Shown: in pieces, positions 1-12,309 of the stretch
Position numbering within the stretch: position 1 is the stretch's first letter
How the letters are laid out: every line of letters begins with the position of its first letter
Assembly: GCF_009914755.1 (NCBI RefSeq)
Contig: NC_060934.1
DNA length: 64,000 nt
Direction: 5' to 3' (one strand)
Origin: the human T2T-CHM13v2.0 reference genome, Homo sapiens
Position numbers and translations under genes: made by a program
The notes under the pieces: model-generated
What the model was told of the DNA's origin: nothing
Databases searched by the model: none
What the model saw: the letters and a program-made list of their open reading frames with translations, nothing else

Positions 1-382
1 GTTTTTCTTTTCTGTTTATACATATGTGACTGAGGATGGCTGGCAATTACCACTTGACAGGCTGTTCTGGGGCATGTTCTCCCATCACAGAGAACTGCAG
101 TTTGCAGCTACTCAGAAGTCTGGTTCCTGTTGTGTTTACATGTACACAGCTTGATAATTGAAGATGTTTGCTTTTTAGAGCCATTGTCCTGGACTGTTTG
201 GGCTGGGGTTTGTCACAGTGACAGTCCTTAAGTTTTTGTGAAAATCTTTTATGACTGCATTTCATATTGGATCTGATGTACTGGTAATCTACAGAATCTA
301 CAAATCTAAGATTGGCAGGAAAATTTTCAGTTTAATAGATTTTCATTTCTCCCTGACCACTTGAGCTGTTTTAAAATACAAA

Positions 383-555
383 TAATAATAATGGCTGACA
401 GAAAGCTCTTAAAAGTGCCAAGTACTTTTCTAAGCACATCACATGCCTAATCTTGTTTAATCATCACCTCAGCTCTACAAGGCAGGTACAATTATTATCC
501 TGATTTTTCAGATGCAAAAATAGGCTCCAAGAGGTTAAGTAATTTGCCCAAGGTG
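383..555 (-). mobile_element. MIR SINE
   Basis: gaggttaagtaatttgcccaagg is the reverse-complement MIR core. Confidence 0.75.
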
Positions 556-634
556 CCCATACCCTGACCTCCAGTTTCTACTGCAGACAATAACTTTTTC
601 TTTTTTTTTAAACTGCTTGGCCATCACTCATCTG

Positions 635-885
635 CATTGCAGTGGAGTACTTAAGATGTTGGACTCCAAAGCCAGATTGCCTGGTTTCAGAAAACTGCCA
701 CTTAGTAGCTATGGGACTTTGGGTAAATCATCTAACTTCTGTGTGCCTTTGTTTCTTTTTTGACAAAATGGAAATAATAATAGTACCTGCCTGATAGGGC
801 TATTATCATCGCAGTTGAGAATCACATGAGTTAATATATTTAATATGCCTAATATAGTGCCTGGTTGTTTAAATGCTACTATTAT
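635..885 (+). mobile_element. MIR SINE
   Basis: ctttgggtaaatcatctaacttctgtgtgcct...aaaatggaaataataatagtacct matches the MIR core. Confidence 0.8.
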
Positions 886-1483
886 CACCTGCCTGGTAGT
901 ACCACCATGGTGCTGTATATACTGATTGGTTTGATCTATCAAAATAAGATTCCAAGTGTCCTGTTATTGTCTAAGCAGAGTTTTAAAATTGCAGCCCACT
1001 ATATTATTCCCACCTCAGGGATCACTCCTGTTTCCTCTGAGTTTATCTCTCTGAGGGAAACAAATAGATAACAGTTTGCTTCCAGGAGCAGACAACAACT
1101 CAGATTTCATTCAGACTCATTTGACCAATAGAGTTCATTTCATTAATCCTGGCATTACATACCACTTAGCAAAGGGGAATAAGGCTTGGGGAGTAATGTG
1201 ATTCCATGTTGCTTTTCCCAGATCAGCAGCCCATTTAGAGGAATTTGGTTAGAAATACCAACGGACTACATAGCCAGTATTTGGCACAGCATAGGGTAGG
1301 TGATGTGGGTCAGTGGGCTGGACATAAAAGTGTTCTGAAAAGATCTGTAAAGTCATTGGAGTTACTGTGATGTGTTGTGTCAGTTACTGATTAAAAGTAA
1401 CTGGCAGGCTTGGCATTTGAGACCACTGAAAGTTTTAAATGATCTTTCTGATATACAACACGTAGAGTAAATGTATGATACAA

Positions 1484-1870
1484 AGTAGTGGTTCTCAGTG
1501 AGTTTGCATCAGAATCACCAGTGGGGAGTTTTATGAAGATTTGCACAATGACAGGCTCCACTTCCACAGATTCTGAATCAGTAAGTCTCGGTAGGGTTCT
1601 GGAATCAATCAACTTTTTTAAGAGCTCCCCAAGTGACTGTGATGTGCAGTTAGCATGGCATATCGTTAGTACAAATCAGTGCTTTTAAGCCCTGACTGTG
1701 TTTTACAATTACCTTTCTATCAGCTTTTTTAAAAAATACTGATATTCTGGAGCCACCCCAGGGATTCTGATTTAATTTGGCCTGGTGAGTTCTGGACATA
1801 CGTGTGTTTCTTTAAAAAAATTTCTGAGATGATTCTAATGTACAGCTAGGTTTGAGATTCACTGGCATAG
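1484..1870. mobile_element. Two adjacent MER5-family (hAT-Charlie) MITEs
   Basis: agtggttctca...gcatcagaatcacc...agattctga and gatgattctaatgtacagctagg motifs. Confidence 0.7.
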
Positions 1871-2256
1871 TCAGCTAGATTTCCCGCCATAGTTTATTTA
1901 CTCTTGAAAATTTAAACATAGCTTCAGGCAGCATCTTACCACCAGGAAAGTGGAAAAATGAGCATTTCTGAATTTCCTCAATGTAAATGTTCAATAAAAT
2001 AATCAGCTAACAATGAAAAATGTGAATTGCTGGTAGAATTAGCATTTCTTACCCTAAGCTATGAAGATTTGATCAAGTTTCCCTTGGGGATGAGAATTTA
2101 CATTTCCTGAGAGCCTTATATAGAATCTCAATATTTCAGCAACTCTGGGAGGTACATATATTTCCCATGTTGTAGATGAGAATTTTGAGGCTAAGGGAGG
2201 TTAAGTAGCTTGCACACTCAGTTGTGTACATTTCCAAGGTCTAGGTTCCATTTTTT

Positions 2257-2745
<489 letters not shown>

Positions 2746-2884
2746 TTACAACATGCAGCTTCCTGGTGGTCTAAATTAATTTTCTCTTAACGCTCCTCTG
2801 TAGATGGCTGTGACTGGGTTCCTTGCCTTCATATATTCACTTATAGATGTCTTAGTGTCTTTTCTTTCCACCCCTTCCTCACTT

Positions 2885-3095
2885 TTAATAAATATGTAAA
2901 GATTGCCAGACACTGTTCTTGGTGCCAGAATGACACAGTGATGACAGGACAGACCAAGTTGCCAGCCTCATAGTACTTATATTGGGGAAGATAGACAATA
3001 AACATGTGAGAAGATATATATGGACTTACATGGGTAAGCAAACTTTAAGGTAATAAAAAGTGGTTTTGGGAAAAATAAAGCAAGATGATGAGTAG
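2885..3095 (-). mobile_element. L2 fragment
   Basis: tgccagacactgttcttggtgc...cctcatagtacttata resembles the antisense L2 3' end. Confidence 0.55.
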
Positions 3096-3099
3096 AGAT

Positions 3100-6000
3100 C
3101 CCAGCAGCAATGCATGAGATTCCATTTGCTCCACATCCTCACCAGAATCACTTTGTATTGGACTGTGTGTGTGTGCTTGATTTTAGCATTTCTAGTAGGT
3201 ATGTAGCAGTATTTCGTATGGTTTTCCTTTGCATTTTTATGTTGACCAGTTGTCTTAATCATGTTTTCATATATTTATTTGCCATCTATGTTTCTTCTTT
3301 GGTGAAGTATCTGTTCACATCTTTTGACTATTTAAAATTGGGTCGTCCTCTTTTTGAGTTATAAGGGTCTATATATTTAGGATATAGGTCCTTCCTCAGA
3401 TGTGTGTTTTGCAAATATCTTCTCCCAGACTGGGACTTGACTTTGCATTTTCTTAATGCTGTCTTCTGAAGAGCAGAAGCTTTTGATTTTTTCAAAGTCA
3501 AGTTATCAATTATTTCTTTTGTGGTTTGTGCTTAGTGTCTTAAGAAATCTTTGTGTAATCCAGTGTCACAAAAGCTTTCCCCTAAGCTTTAAGCTAGAAG
3601 TTTTATAGGTTTAGAGTTTGCATTTAGGTCTGTCATCTATTTTGAGTGGATTTTTGTACATAATATGAGTATGGGGTGAAGTTCATAATTCTGTATGTGG
3701 ATGTCTCATTTTCCCACACACTTGTTGAAAGCACTATCCTATCCCCATTATATTATCTTGGCACCTTTCCCCTCCTAAATCAATTGTTGCTATGTGTGAA
3801 TTATTTCTAATCTCTCTGTTCTTTCCTGCTGAGGTATATGTCTATTCTTATACCAGCATCACATTGGATGTTCCATTCACAATTTCTGTTCGTTATAGGG
3901 AGGTCCTAGTCAGTGAAATAAAGGAAGGAAAAGATATAAATGTACACAGATAAAAAAGGAAGAAATAAAATTGTCTTTATTTGCAGACAACATGATTGTT
4001 TATGTAGGAGCCCGAGGAATCTACAAAAAAGCAACTAGAAATAACATGACTTTGGCAAAGACGCAGGATGTGAGGCCAATATACAAAAATCAATTGTATT
4101 TAGCACTGGCAATGAACAATTGGAAATTAAAACTTAGAAATACAGTTTACAATGGTATCAAAAACATGAAAAACTGAGGGATAAATCTAATGATGTTCTG
4201 TAATATTTGAATACTAAAAACTCTAAAACATTGAAGAGAGAAAACCAAATAAATGGAGAAATAAATCTATTCTACTTGATAATATTTTGTTAAGGATTTT
4301 TTTGCATATACATTCATGAGGGATATTGGTGTATAAAGATATTGGTCTGTAATATTCTTGATTTTGGTATCAAGGTTAATGGTGGTCTCATAAATTAGTT
4401 TGGAGTGTTCTCTTTTCTATTTTCTGGAACATTTTGTATAGGATTGTTATTCGTCCTTAAAGGTTTGGTAGAGTTCAACAGGGAGGTATCTGGGCCTAGA
4501 GTTTCCTTGTGTTAGTTTTATACCATGGACTCAAGTTTTTAAAACTATATATGGCTATTCAGATTGTATATGCTACTCAGTTCTTTTTGAGTGAACTTTA
4601 GTACTTTGTGTCTTTCAAGGAATTAGTTTTTTTCATCTATGTTATCAACTTTGGCATACAGTTGTTTGTAATACTTTCTTATTATCCTTTTAATGGCACT
4701 AACATTAGGATCTGTAGTGAAGTCCTCTTTTTCATTTCATTTCCGATTTTGGTTATTTGTGTATCTCATCTTCTCTGCCTCCCTCTTTCTCTCCCTCCTT
4801 TATCTCTTCCTCTTCCTCTTTCCTTCCCACCCCTTCCTTTCTTTCAGTAGTCAATTCTAGAGCTGCACTGTTCAATAGTTATCCCTAGTCACATGTGTCT
4901 ATTTAAATGTAAATTAATTTCAATAAAATTACATTAAAAATTGAGTTCCTCAGTCACACTGGCCACATTTTAAGTGATCAGTAGTCCCAAGTGGCTTCCA
5001 CATTGGAGGGTGCTGCTATATAGAATGTTTTCATCATTATACAAAGTTCTACTGGACATTGAGGGTCTAGAGGTTAGCAATTTTTTTAAAAATCTTTTCA
5101 TGGACCTGTTTTGGGTTTCATTGATTTTTCTCTGTTATTTTTTTATTTTCCATTTCATTGATTTTTTTTCCTCTTTATTATTTCCCTCTTTTTGCTTGCC
5201 TTGGATTTAATTTCTTTTTTAATTTCTTAAGGTAAGAACTTAGATTACTCATTTGAGGCCTCTATTATTTTCCAATATAAATATTTAATGCTATAAATTT
5301 CTCTATCAGCACTGTTTTAGCTGCATCCACTAATTTTGATGTTGTATTTTTACCTTCATTCAATTCAGAATATTGTATAATTTCCTTTGTCACTTCTTTG
5401 AATTGGGAGTTATTTAGAAATATATTGTTTAATTTCCAAATATTTTAGAATTTTAAAGGTTTATTTCTGTTGATTTCTATTTTAATTCCATTTTTAAAAA
5501 CATATTTTGTATTTCAGTTTAATGTTTTATGGTTTGTTTTTAGGCCCAGAATATGGACTATCCTTGTGAATGTTCCGTGTCCACTTTAATACTTATTTTG
5601 TTGTTGGCTGGGATGCCCTATAAAAGTTAGGCCAAATTGCTTCATAATGTTGTTCAGGTTTTCTGTGTCCTTATTATCTGCCTACTTGTCTCCAACATTG
5701 TTGTAGATTTTTCTGTTTTTTTCATTTCAGTTTTCATTTTATCACTTTGGAAGCTATGTTGTTGGATACACACACATTTAGAATTCCTATGTATTATGTA
5801 ATGCCCCTTTTCATTTCTGGAAATGTGTATCATTTTTTAAAGTCTATGTTGTCGATGTTAATATGGCCATTCTACCTTCTTTTGATTAGTGTTTACATGG
5901 GTTATCTTTTTTCCATTTTTTTAGTTTATCAATGTCTTTATATGTACGGTGGGTTCCTTGTAGACAGTATATAATTGGATCTCACTTTTTTAATCCAGTC

Positions 6001-7040
6001 AGACAATCCCTGACTTTTAATTTGGATGGCCAGACCATTTACATTTAATATAATTATTGATATGATTAGATCTTAATCTATCATCTTGCCAGGTTTGCGC
6101 TTGCCTTACCTGTTCTTTAATCTAGTCCCTTCTTTTCCCATACCCTTTTGGCTTAAATGAGGCTTTCTTTAATGACTCAATTTTTTACTCCATTTTATCT
6201 CCACTCTGCCCTTATGTTGCTTCTGCTTTTTCTCCTCCATGCTTCTTCTCCTTCTTTTTATTCTTTTCTTAGTGGTTACTCTAGGCTGTATAAGTTTGTC
6301 ACAGTCTACCTTCAAATAATATATCATTTCACATATAGTATAATATATATACCTTACAACAGTGTGCTTCCATTATTTCCCACCCATACTTTGTGTTATG
6401 ATTGCCATACATTTTACATCTACATATCTTATAAAGTGCACCATATAATTGTCATTATTTGTGCTTCAGACAATTATCTTTTAAAATTCTTGTTCTGTTT
6501 GCTCTTAAAAATCTTATTTTACAGACTACTTTTAGAACAGTTTTAGATTTATTAAAAAATTGAGTAGATAGTACAGAAAGTTACCCTATACCCCCTCAGC
6601 CCCATGGTTTTCCCTGTTATTAATATGTTGTGTTTGTTTGGTACATTTGTTATAGTTAATAAGCCAATATCTATAGATTAGTATTAACTGAAGTCTGTAG
6701 TTTACATTAAGGTTCACTAGTTATATTGTACATTTCTATGGGTTTTGACAAATGTATAATGTCATGTATCCACAATTATAGTATCATATAAAATAGTTTC
6801 ATTGCCCTAAAAGTCTTCTGTGCTTCTTCTGTTCATTATTCTAGCTCAACCCCTGAACCCCTGCTTACCACTGATCTTTTTGCTGTCTCAAAAGTTTTGC
6901 TTTTCCTAGTGTCATATAGTTGGAATTATATAGTATGCAGCCTTTCAAATTGGCTTCTTTTCTTTAGAAACATTGATTTAAGCTTTCTCCATATCTTATT
7001 ATAGCTTGATAGCTTATTGTTTTATCTTTATATAGATAGA
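3100..7040 (-). mobile_element. Old L1 (L1M) mosaic, mostly antisense, with a sense-oriented ORF2 piece at ~3870-4265
   Basis: T-rich antisense ORF2/3'UTR motifs; the sense piece encodes SLFADNMIVY (RT F/YADD region). Confidence 0.8.
4862..5066. mobile_element. MER3-like hAT MITE inserted in L1
   Basis: gcactgttcaatag...ctagtcacatgtg...aaagttctactggaca, flanked by tctagag on both sides. Confidence 0.75.
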
Positions 7041-7046
7041 TATTCC

Positions 7047-7310
7047 TTGAAAGGGCCATATATGCAAAATAACCTCCAAATACAGAAGGAGCCAAGAAAT
7101 CAAAGAATGAGGCAGGCATATCTAGTTTATTGGCAGAGGGTGATTTTTAGGGGAAACTTATGGACAGAAATGTGTTCTTGGGCAGAAATGTGTTCGTGTA
7201 AGACAGGTAGATGTTCACACCATTACTCCCCAGACTCAGGGCTTATATACCATAGGGAAAGAGTATATATATATGCTCCATAGACAATTAAAGACAACCC
7301 TCCAGAGCAG
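7047..7310. mobile_element. LTR-like fragment (ERV1 class, subfamily uncertain)
   Basis: Begins tgaaaggg..., with an abrupt compositional switch from L1. Confidence 0.4.
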
Positions 7311-8110
7311 AGGGTGCTGGGGGCAGGGTTCAGGGGATGAAGCTCCCCAGAGTTTCTATGTTTTGTGTTAGGCTACCAGGGCAGGTAGGGAAATGCCGTC
7401 AGGTGGCAGCAGGGTTAGGCAGGTCTGGTTAGGCAGCAGGGTTAGGCAAGCTCCTTGGACGGGGCTTGCTGAGGCCACTGTGGGGGCTGGGGGTTGGTTC
7501 TCCGGCCAATGGGGTTATGTTCCATAGGGGATCTTGGCCGCCTCTACTGTATTATATAGTTTGCCAGGGAAGTCAGGGATAGCCAGTAGCAAGAGGCCTG
7601 ACTCAACTCCCATGCAGTTGGCAAGCCCGCATATCCTGCAATGCCCCGCCCAGACCTTGCCCCTGCTCTGTTGGTGGCAGTTCTTGTACTCCTGTACTTG
7701 CTTGTATCTGCAGCAGCTCCTGCTCCTTCCTTGGACTCCACTCCAGAAAATGTGTGCCCAGTCGAAACCACTACCAATTTCATCTGGGAGCTTTCTTCAC
7801 CCCACAACACTTCCGCAGTTCTGCTGGTTGTCTTCCACAAGGGCCCCAGTGAGATATAGTCAGGGATGGCGTCCCTGTGCTCGAGCTGGAGACTGGGAGT
7901 GCATACAAGGCACTTCCTGCTGCTACTTCTACTTTCATATTTTGTGTGACTCTCTAAATCCCTTCCATCTCTAGGTAAGGTTAAATTCTTCTCCTGTGAT
8001 CTGGATTTTCAGATTCCCAGCAGGGATGTGTGTTTGGAGGTCGGTTTTCTCCCTCTTACACTTTGGGAACTCACAGTTTTTCTCCTGTTTCACGGAATTT
8101 GCAGTGGCAT
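7311..8110 (-). mobile_element. L1 5'UTR remnant (L1MA/L1PB-age), antisense
   Basis: GC-rich block with ggctaccagggcaggtaggg...ccaatggggttatgttcc motifs typical of older primate L1 5' ends. Confidence 0.6.
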
Positions 8111-8402
8111 GCCTATTTTGCCAATTTTTAAATGAGGTTGTTTGTTTTCTCATTGTTGAGCTTTAAGAGTTCTTTGTTTATTTTTTATTAGAAATTTTCT
8201 GTCAGATATGTGCTTTCTCAAACATTTTCTCCTGGTCTGTAGCTTGTCTTTGTAGTCTCTTAACAGTGTATTTTGCAGAAAAGAAGTTTTTAATTTTAAT
8301 AAAGTCCAGCTTATCAACTTTGTTTCCTGGATTATCCTTTTGGTGTTGTATTTAAAATCTCATTGCCAAAACCAAGGTCACATAGATTTTCTCTTTTATT
8401 AT

Positions 8403-10120
8403 TGTTGTGTGGTTGAATTTTATACCCCAAGAGAATATTTTGAAGTCCTAACCCCAGATACCTGTGAGTCCAACCTTACTTAGAAATAGGATCTTTGCAA
8501 ATGTTAAACAAGTTAAGCTGAGGTCCTAATGCAATGACTGGTGTCCCTGTAAAACAAGGGAAATTTGGACACAGAGGGAGAAATTCATGTAACAGCAGAG
8601 GCTGAAATTGGAGTGGGATGTCTATAACCAGGGAACATCAAGGATTACTGAAACCACCAAAAGTTAGGAAGAGACAATTAAACATCCTTCCCTGGGGCCT
8701 AACAGAGGGCATGGCCTTGCTGCCACCCTCAGACTTCTGCCCCCAGAACTGTGAGAGAATACATTTCTGCATTTTTAAGCCATCCAATTTGTGGCACTTT
8801 GTTATGGCAGCCATAGGAAATGAATACATATTTTGATACCAGGAAATCTTTTTCTGTTGGAATAACTACCTAAAAAACATGTAAGTGGCTTTGGAATTGT
8901 GTATAGACTGGAATAATTTTTAGGTGCATAACATAAAAAGCCTAGACTGCTTTGAAAAGACTATTGGTAGAAATACAGATATTAAAGGTGATTCTGGTGA
9001 AGGCTCAGTAGAGAGGGGAATTTTAGAAAAAGCATCTATCATAGATTCTTTGCATCTTAGAGAATACATATGTTGTCATGAACAGAATGTTACTAGAAAT
9101 GTGAACTTTAAAGGTGCTTCTTGTGAGGCCTTAGAAAGGAAGTGGTGAATATATTATCAGACACTGGAGGAAAAGTGATCCTTATTACAGAGTGGCAGAA
9201 ATTTGGGTGAACTGTGTTTTACCTGTGGGTGGAAAGCAGAACTTGTAGGCAGTGAGCTGAGGAGATTTCTAAGTAAAGCGTGAAAGATGGGGCCATGGTT
9301 TCTCCTTGCTGCTTATAGTGAAATGCAAAAGGAAAGAGATAACTTGAGGAAGGAATTGTTAAGCAAAGGAACCAGCACTTGATGGGTTTGAAAGTTCTCA
9401 GCCAATCCAGGAAACATACTCCCGAAACAGGACCAAGGGTGTGGCTGAACAACCATTCACTGAAAAGATTACCTGGTGACTCATGGATCCAGACAGCCCT
9501 CTCAGGCCCTGGAAACCTAATGAAAATTTCCCTGCCATGTTTTGGACTTGTTTGAGACCTGTGACCCACTTTTTCCTTCCAGTTTCTCCCTTTTGGAAGG
9601 TGACTGTCTGTCCTATGCCTGTTGTATTTTGGAAGCAGATAACTTGTTTTGTGGATTTCAGTGTCCATAGGAGAGAAACTTTGCCCCAGGCTGGACCATA
9701 CCCAGGATCTCACACATACTTGATTTAGATGATTTAGGAGATGAGATTTGGGACATTACAGTTGATATTTAGAGGCAATTTTGACTTAGAGTTGATGCTG
9801 GAATGGGTCAAGGGTCCTGGAGATGTTGAAATGGGGTGAATGTATTTTGCATACAGTAAGGATATGACTTTTGGGGGATTGGAGAGAAGACTGTTGTGGT
9901 TTAAATTGTGTGAGACAGTTGAATCGTGCTGTCCAAGGATTTCTGGCAACCACCAAAAGACAGGAAGAGACAAGGAAGTATACTCCCCTAGAGCCTTCAG
10001 ATAGAGTGCAGCCCTGCTGACACCTTGATTTAAGGCTTCTAATTTTCAGATTTGTTTTCCCTTCTTTTAAGCCACCCAGTTTGTGGTACCATGTTATAGC
10101 AGCTCTTGGGCACCAATACA
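8403..10120 (+). mobile_element. MLT1 (MaLR) proviral remnant: LTR 8403-8828, internal 8829-9891, deleted 3' LTR 9892-10120, inserted in L1
   Basis: TG...CA termini, MLT1 motifs (ttaagccacccagtttgtggta), MaLR internal start (gtggctttggaattg), flanks attat/gttat. Confidence 0.8.
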
Positions 10121-10851
10121 GTTATCTTCTAGAAGTTTGAGAGTTTTTGTGTTTTACATTTAGGTCTGTGATTCATTTTGAGTTATTTTTTTGTGAAAGG
10201 TGTAAGGTCTGTTCCATTATCATTTTTTGAAAAAGAATATTCTTTCTTCACTGAATTTTCTTTGCTTCTTTACTAAAGATCAGTTGACTACATTTGTGTG
10301 GATATATTTATATGGATACTGTATTCTGTTCCATTGATCTATTTGTCTATTCTTTCAACAGTACCTTGTGGTCTTGTCTTGAAATCTTGTATTATCTGTC
10401 TTCCAACTTTGTTCTTCTTTAGTATTTTGTTGATTATTTTGGGTTTTCTGCGTTTTCATATAGACTTCAGAATGAATTTGTTGATACCCATGAAACAATT
10501 TGCTGGTATTTTTGTTGGAATTACATTGGCTTTATAAACCATATTGGGAAGAATTGAGGTCTTAAAAATATTGAGTGTTTCTATACATGAACATGAAATA
10601 TCTCTCCATTTGTTTAGATATTTGCTTTCCTTTGTCAAAGTTTGGTAGAGTTTCTCATATAGATCCTGTATATATTTTGTTATATTTATACCTGTATATT
10701 TCAGTTTTGGGGAGCAGCTAATGTAAATGATACTGTGTTTTATATTTCCAATTCCAATTGTTAATTGCTGGTTTATAGAAAAGGAATTGACTTTTGCATA
10801 TTAACTTTGTATTCTGCAACCTTGCTGTAATTGCTTATTAAGTTCCAGGAG

Positions 10852-11156
<305 letters not shown>

Positions 11157-11164
11157 AAGTTCCA

Positions 11165-11280
11165 GGTCTTCGGTGTTTGAAGGAGAAAGTTTATGGACTT
11201 AAAAAATTTTGTACCTGCAAAAGATCCATATTGCCCATAGCCCTTTTCTAAATCTTTTATTTTATAGATTAAGTGGCTAA
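11165..11280 (+). repeat. 116-bp direct copy of 12527-12642
   Basis: Ungapped alignment by eye with 5 mismatches. Confidence 0.95.
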
Positions 11281-11850
11281 TTGTTTTTGTTTATTCTTTG
11301 AGATATTTTATATAGACATTTATGTCATCTGAGAAGCAAGGCAGTTTTATTTTTTCCTTTTCAACTGTATGCCTTTTCTTACTGAATTAGTCAGAAGTTG
11401 TATAAGATGTTGAATAGGAGTGGTAAAAGAGAACATCCTTGCCTTGTTACCTATCTTAGGGGAAAGCCTCTAGATTCTCCCTGTAGATTTTTTTTGTAGA
11501 TATTTTTTATCAAGTTGAGAAAGTTTGCCTCTAGTCCTAGTTTTCTAAGAATTTTTTTTTTTAAATCAAGGATGGAATTTGGATTTTGTCAAATGCTTTT
11601 TTGCATCTATTGATATGATTATATGAATTGTCAAGAATCAGTGAGTACTTTGCCAGATGTCCACTAAACTATGAGCTCCTTGGAGGCAGAAGTTATTGCA
11701 TCATCCCTGGATCCACATCTCTGATACAGTGACTAGCACATTGTAGACACTCAAAGCCTGCTGAATTGATTTAGCGTTTTACTTTTCACAGTCAAGAGAT
11801 CACACACCGGAAAGACATATTTGTGACATACTCGGTACATGGAAGGTGTG

Positions 11851-11863
11851 GTTGCCAGGCAAC
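11851..11863. promoter_or_regulatory. RFX X-box GTTGCC-A-GGCAAC inside a 25-bp perfect palindrome
   Basis: Exact fit to GTNRCC(N0-3)RGYAAC; arms extend to 11845-11869. Function is inferred. Confidence 0.6.
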
Positions 11864-12264
11864 CACACCCCAGCCTGGGTTGTTTGGTGACTGGATAAGG
11901 TATGGGGCTGGTGGTCTCCGAACCATCCTAATCACTTTCTTAGAACTACCTGATTGAGGCTAAGGGCATGCCTCTTTCTGTTTATTTTTCTGTTTGTCCT
12001 TTTCTTCTGTTTGTTCTTGAATTAGTCACCGTGCAACTTTAGCCACTCGCTTCTAAGTAGCATAGAGTCCCCCAAAACATGAGTACCATTTGCTATTCTT
12101 TAGGAACAGCTTTCTTACCAGAAGTGGGTGGCTCAGGCATCACTGCCTTATCACAGGGAAGTATTTTCCACCTATTACCTCATATCTGACTGTGAGGACC
12201 ACAAAGGAGTGAGAAGGTGGGGAAGGTGAGCTAGGAGAGGGTAGAATTTCAGATGAGGAGAACT

Positions 12265-12309
12265 TGCTGCTGCTGCTGCTGCTGCTTCCTCTTTTTTTTT
12301 TTTTTTTTT
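12265..12309 (+). repeat. (TGC)7 microsatellite followed by T18
   Basis: Direct reading. Confidence 0.9.

Noticed and set aside
7534-7974. 146-aa ORF and overlapping ORFs in a GC-richer block
   Set aside because: Lies in an antisense L1 5'UTR remnant; non-ATG start and no recognisable domain.
9219-9713. 164-aa minus-strand ORF, the longest in the track
   Set aside because: Antisense to MLT1 internal sequence; no domain or splice support.
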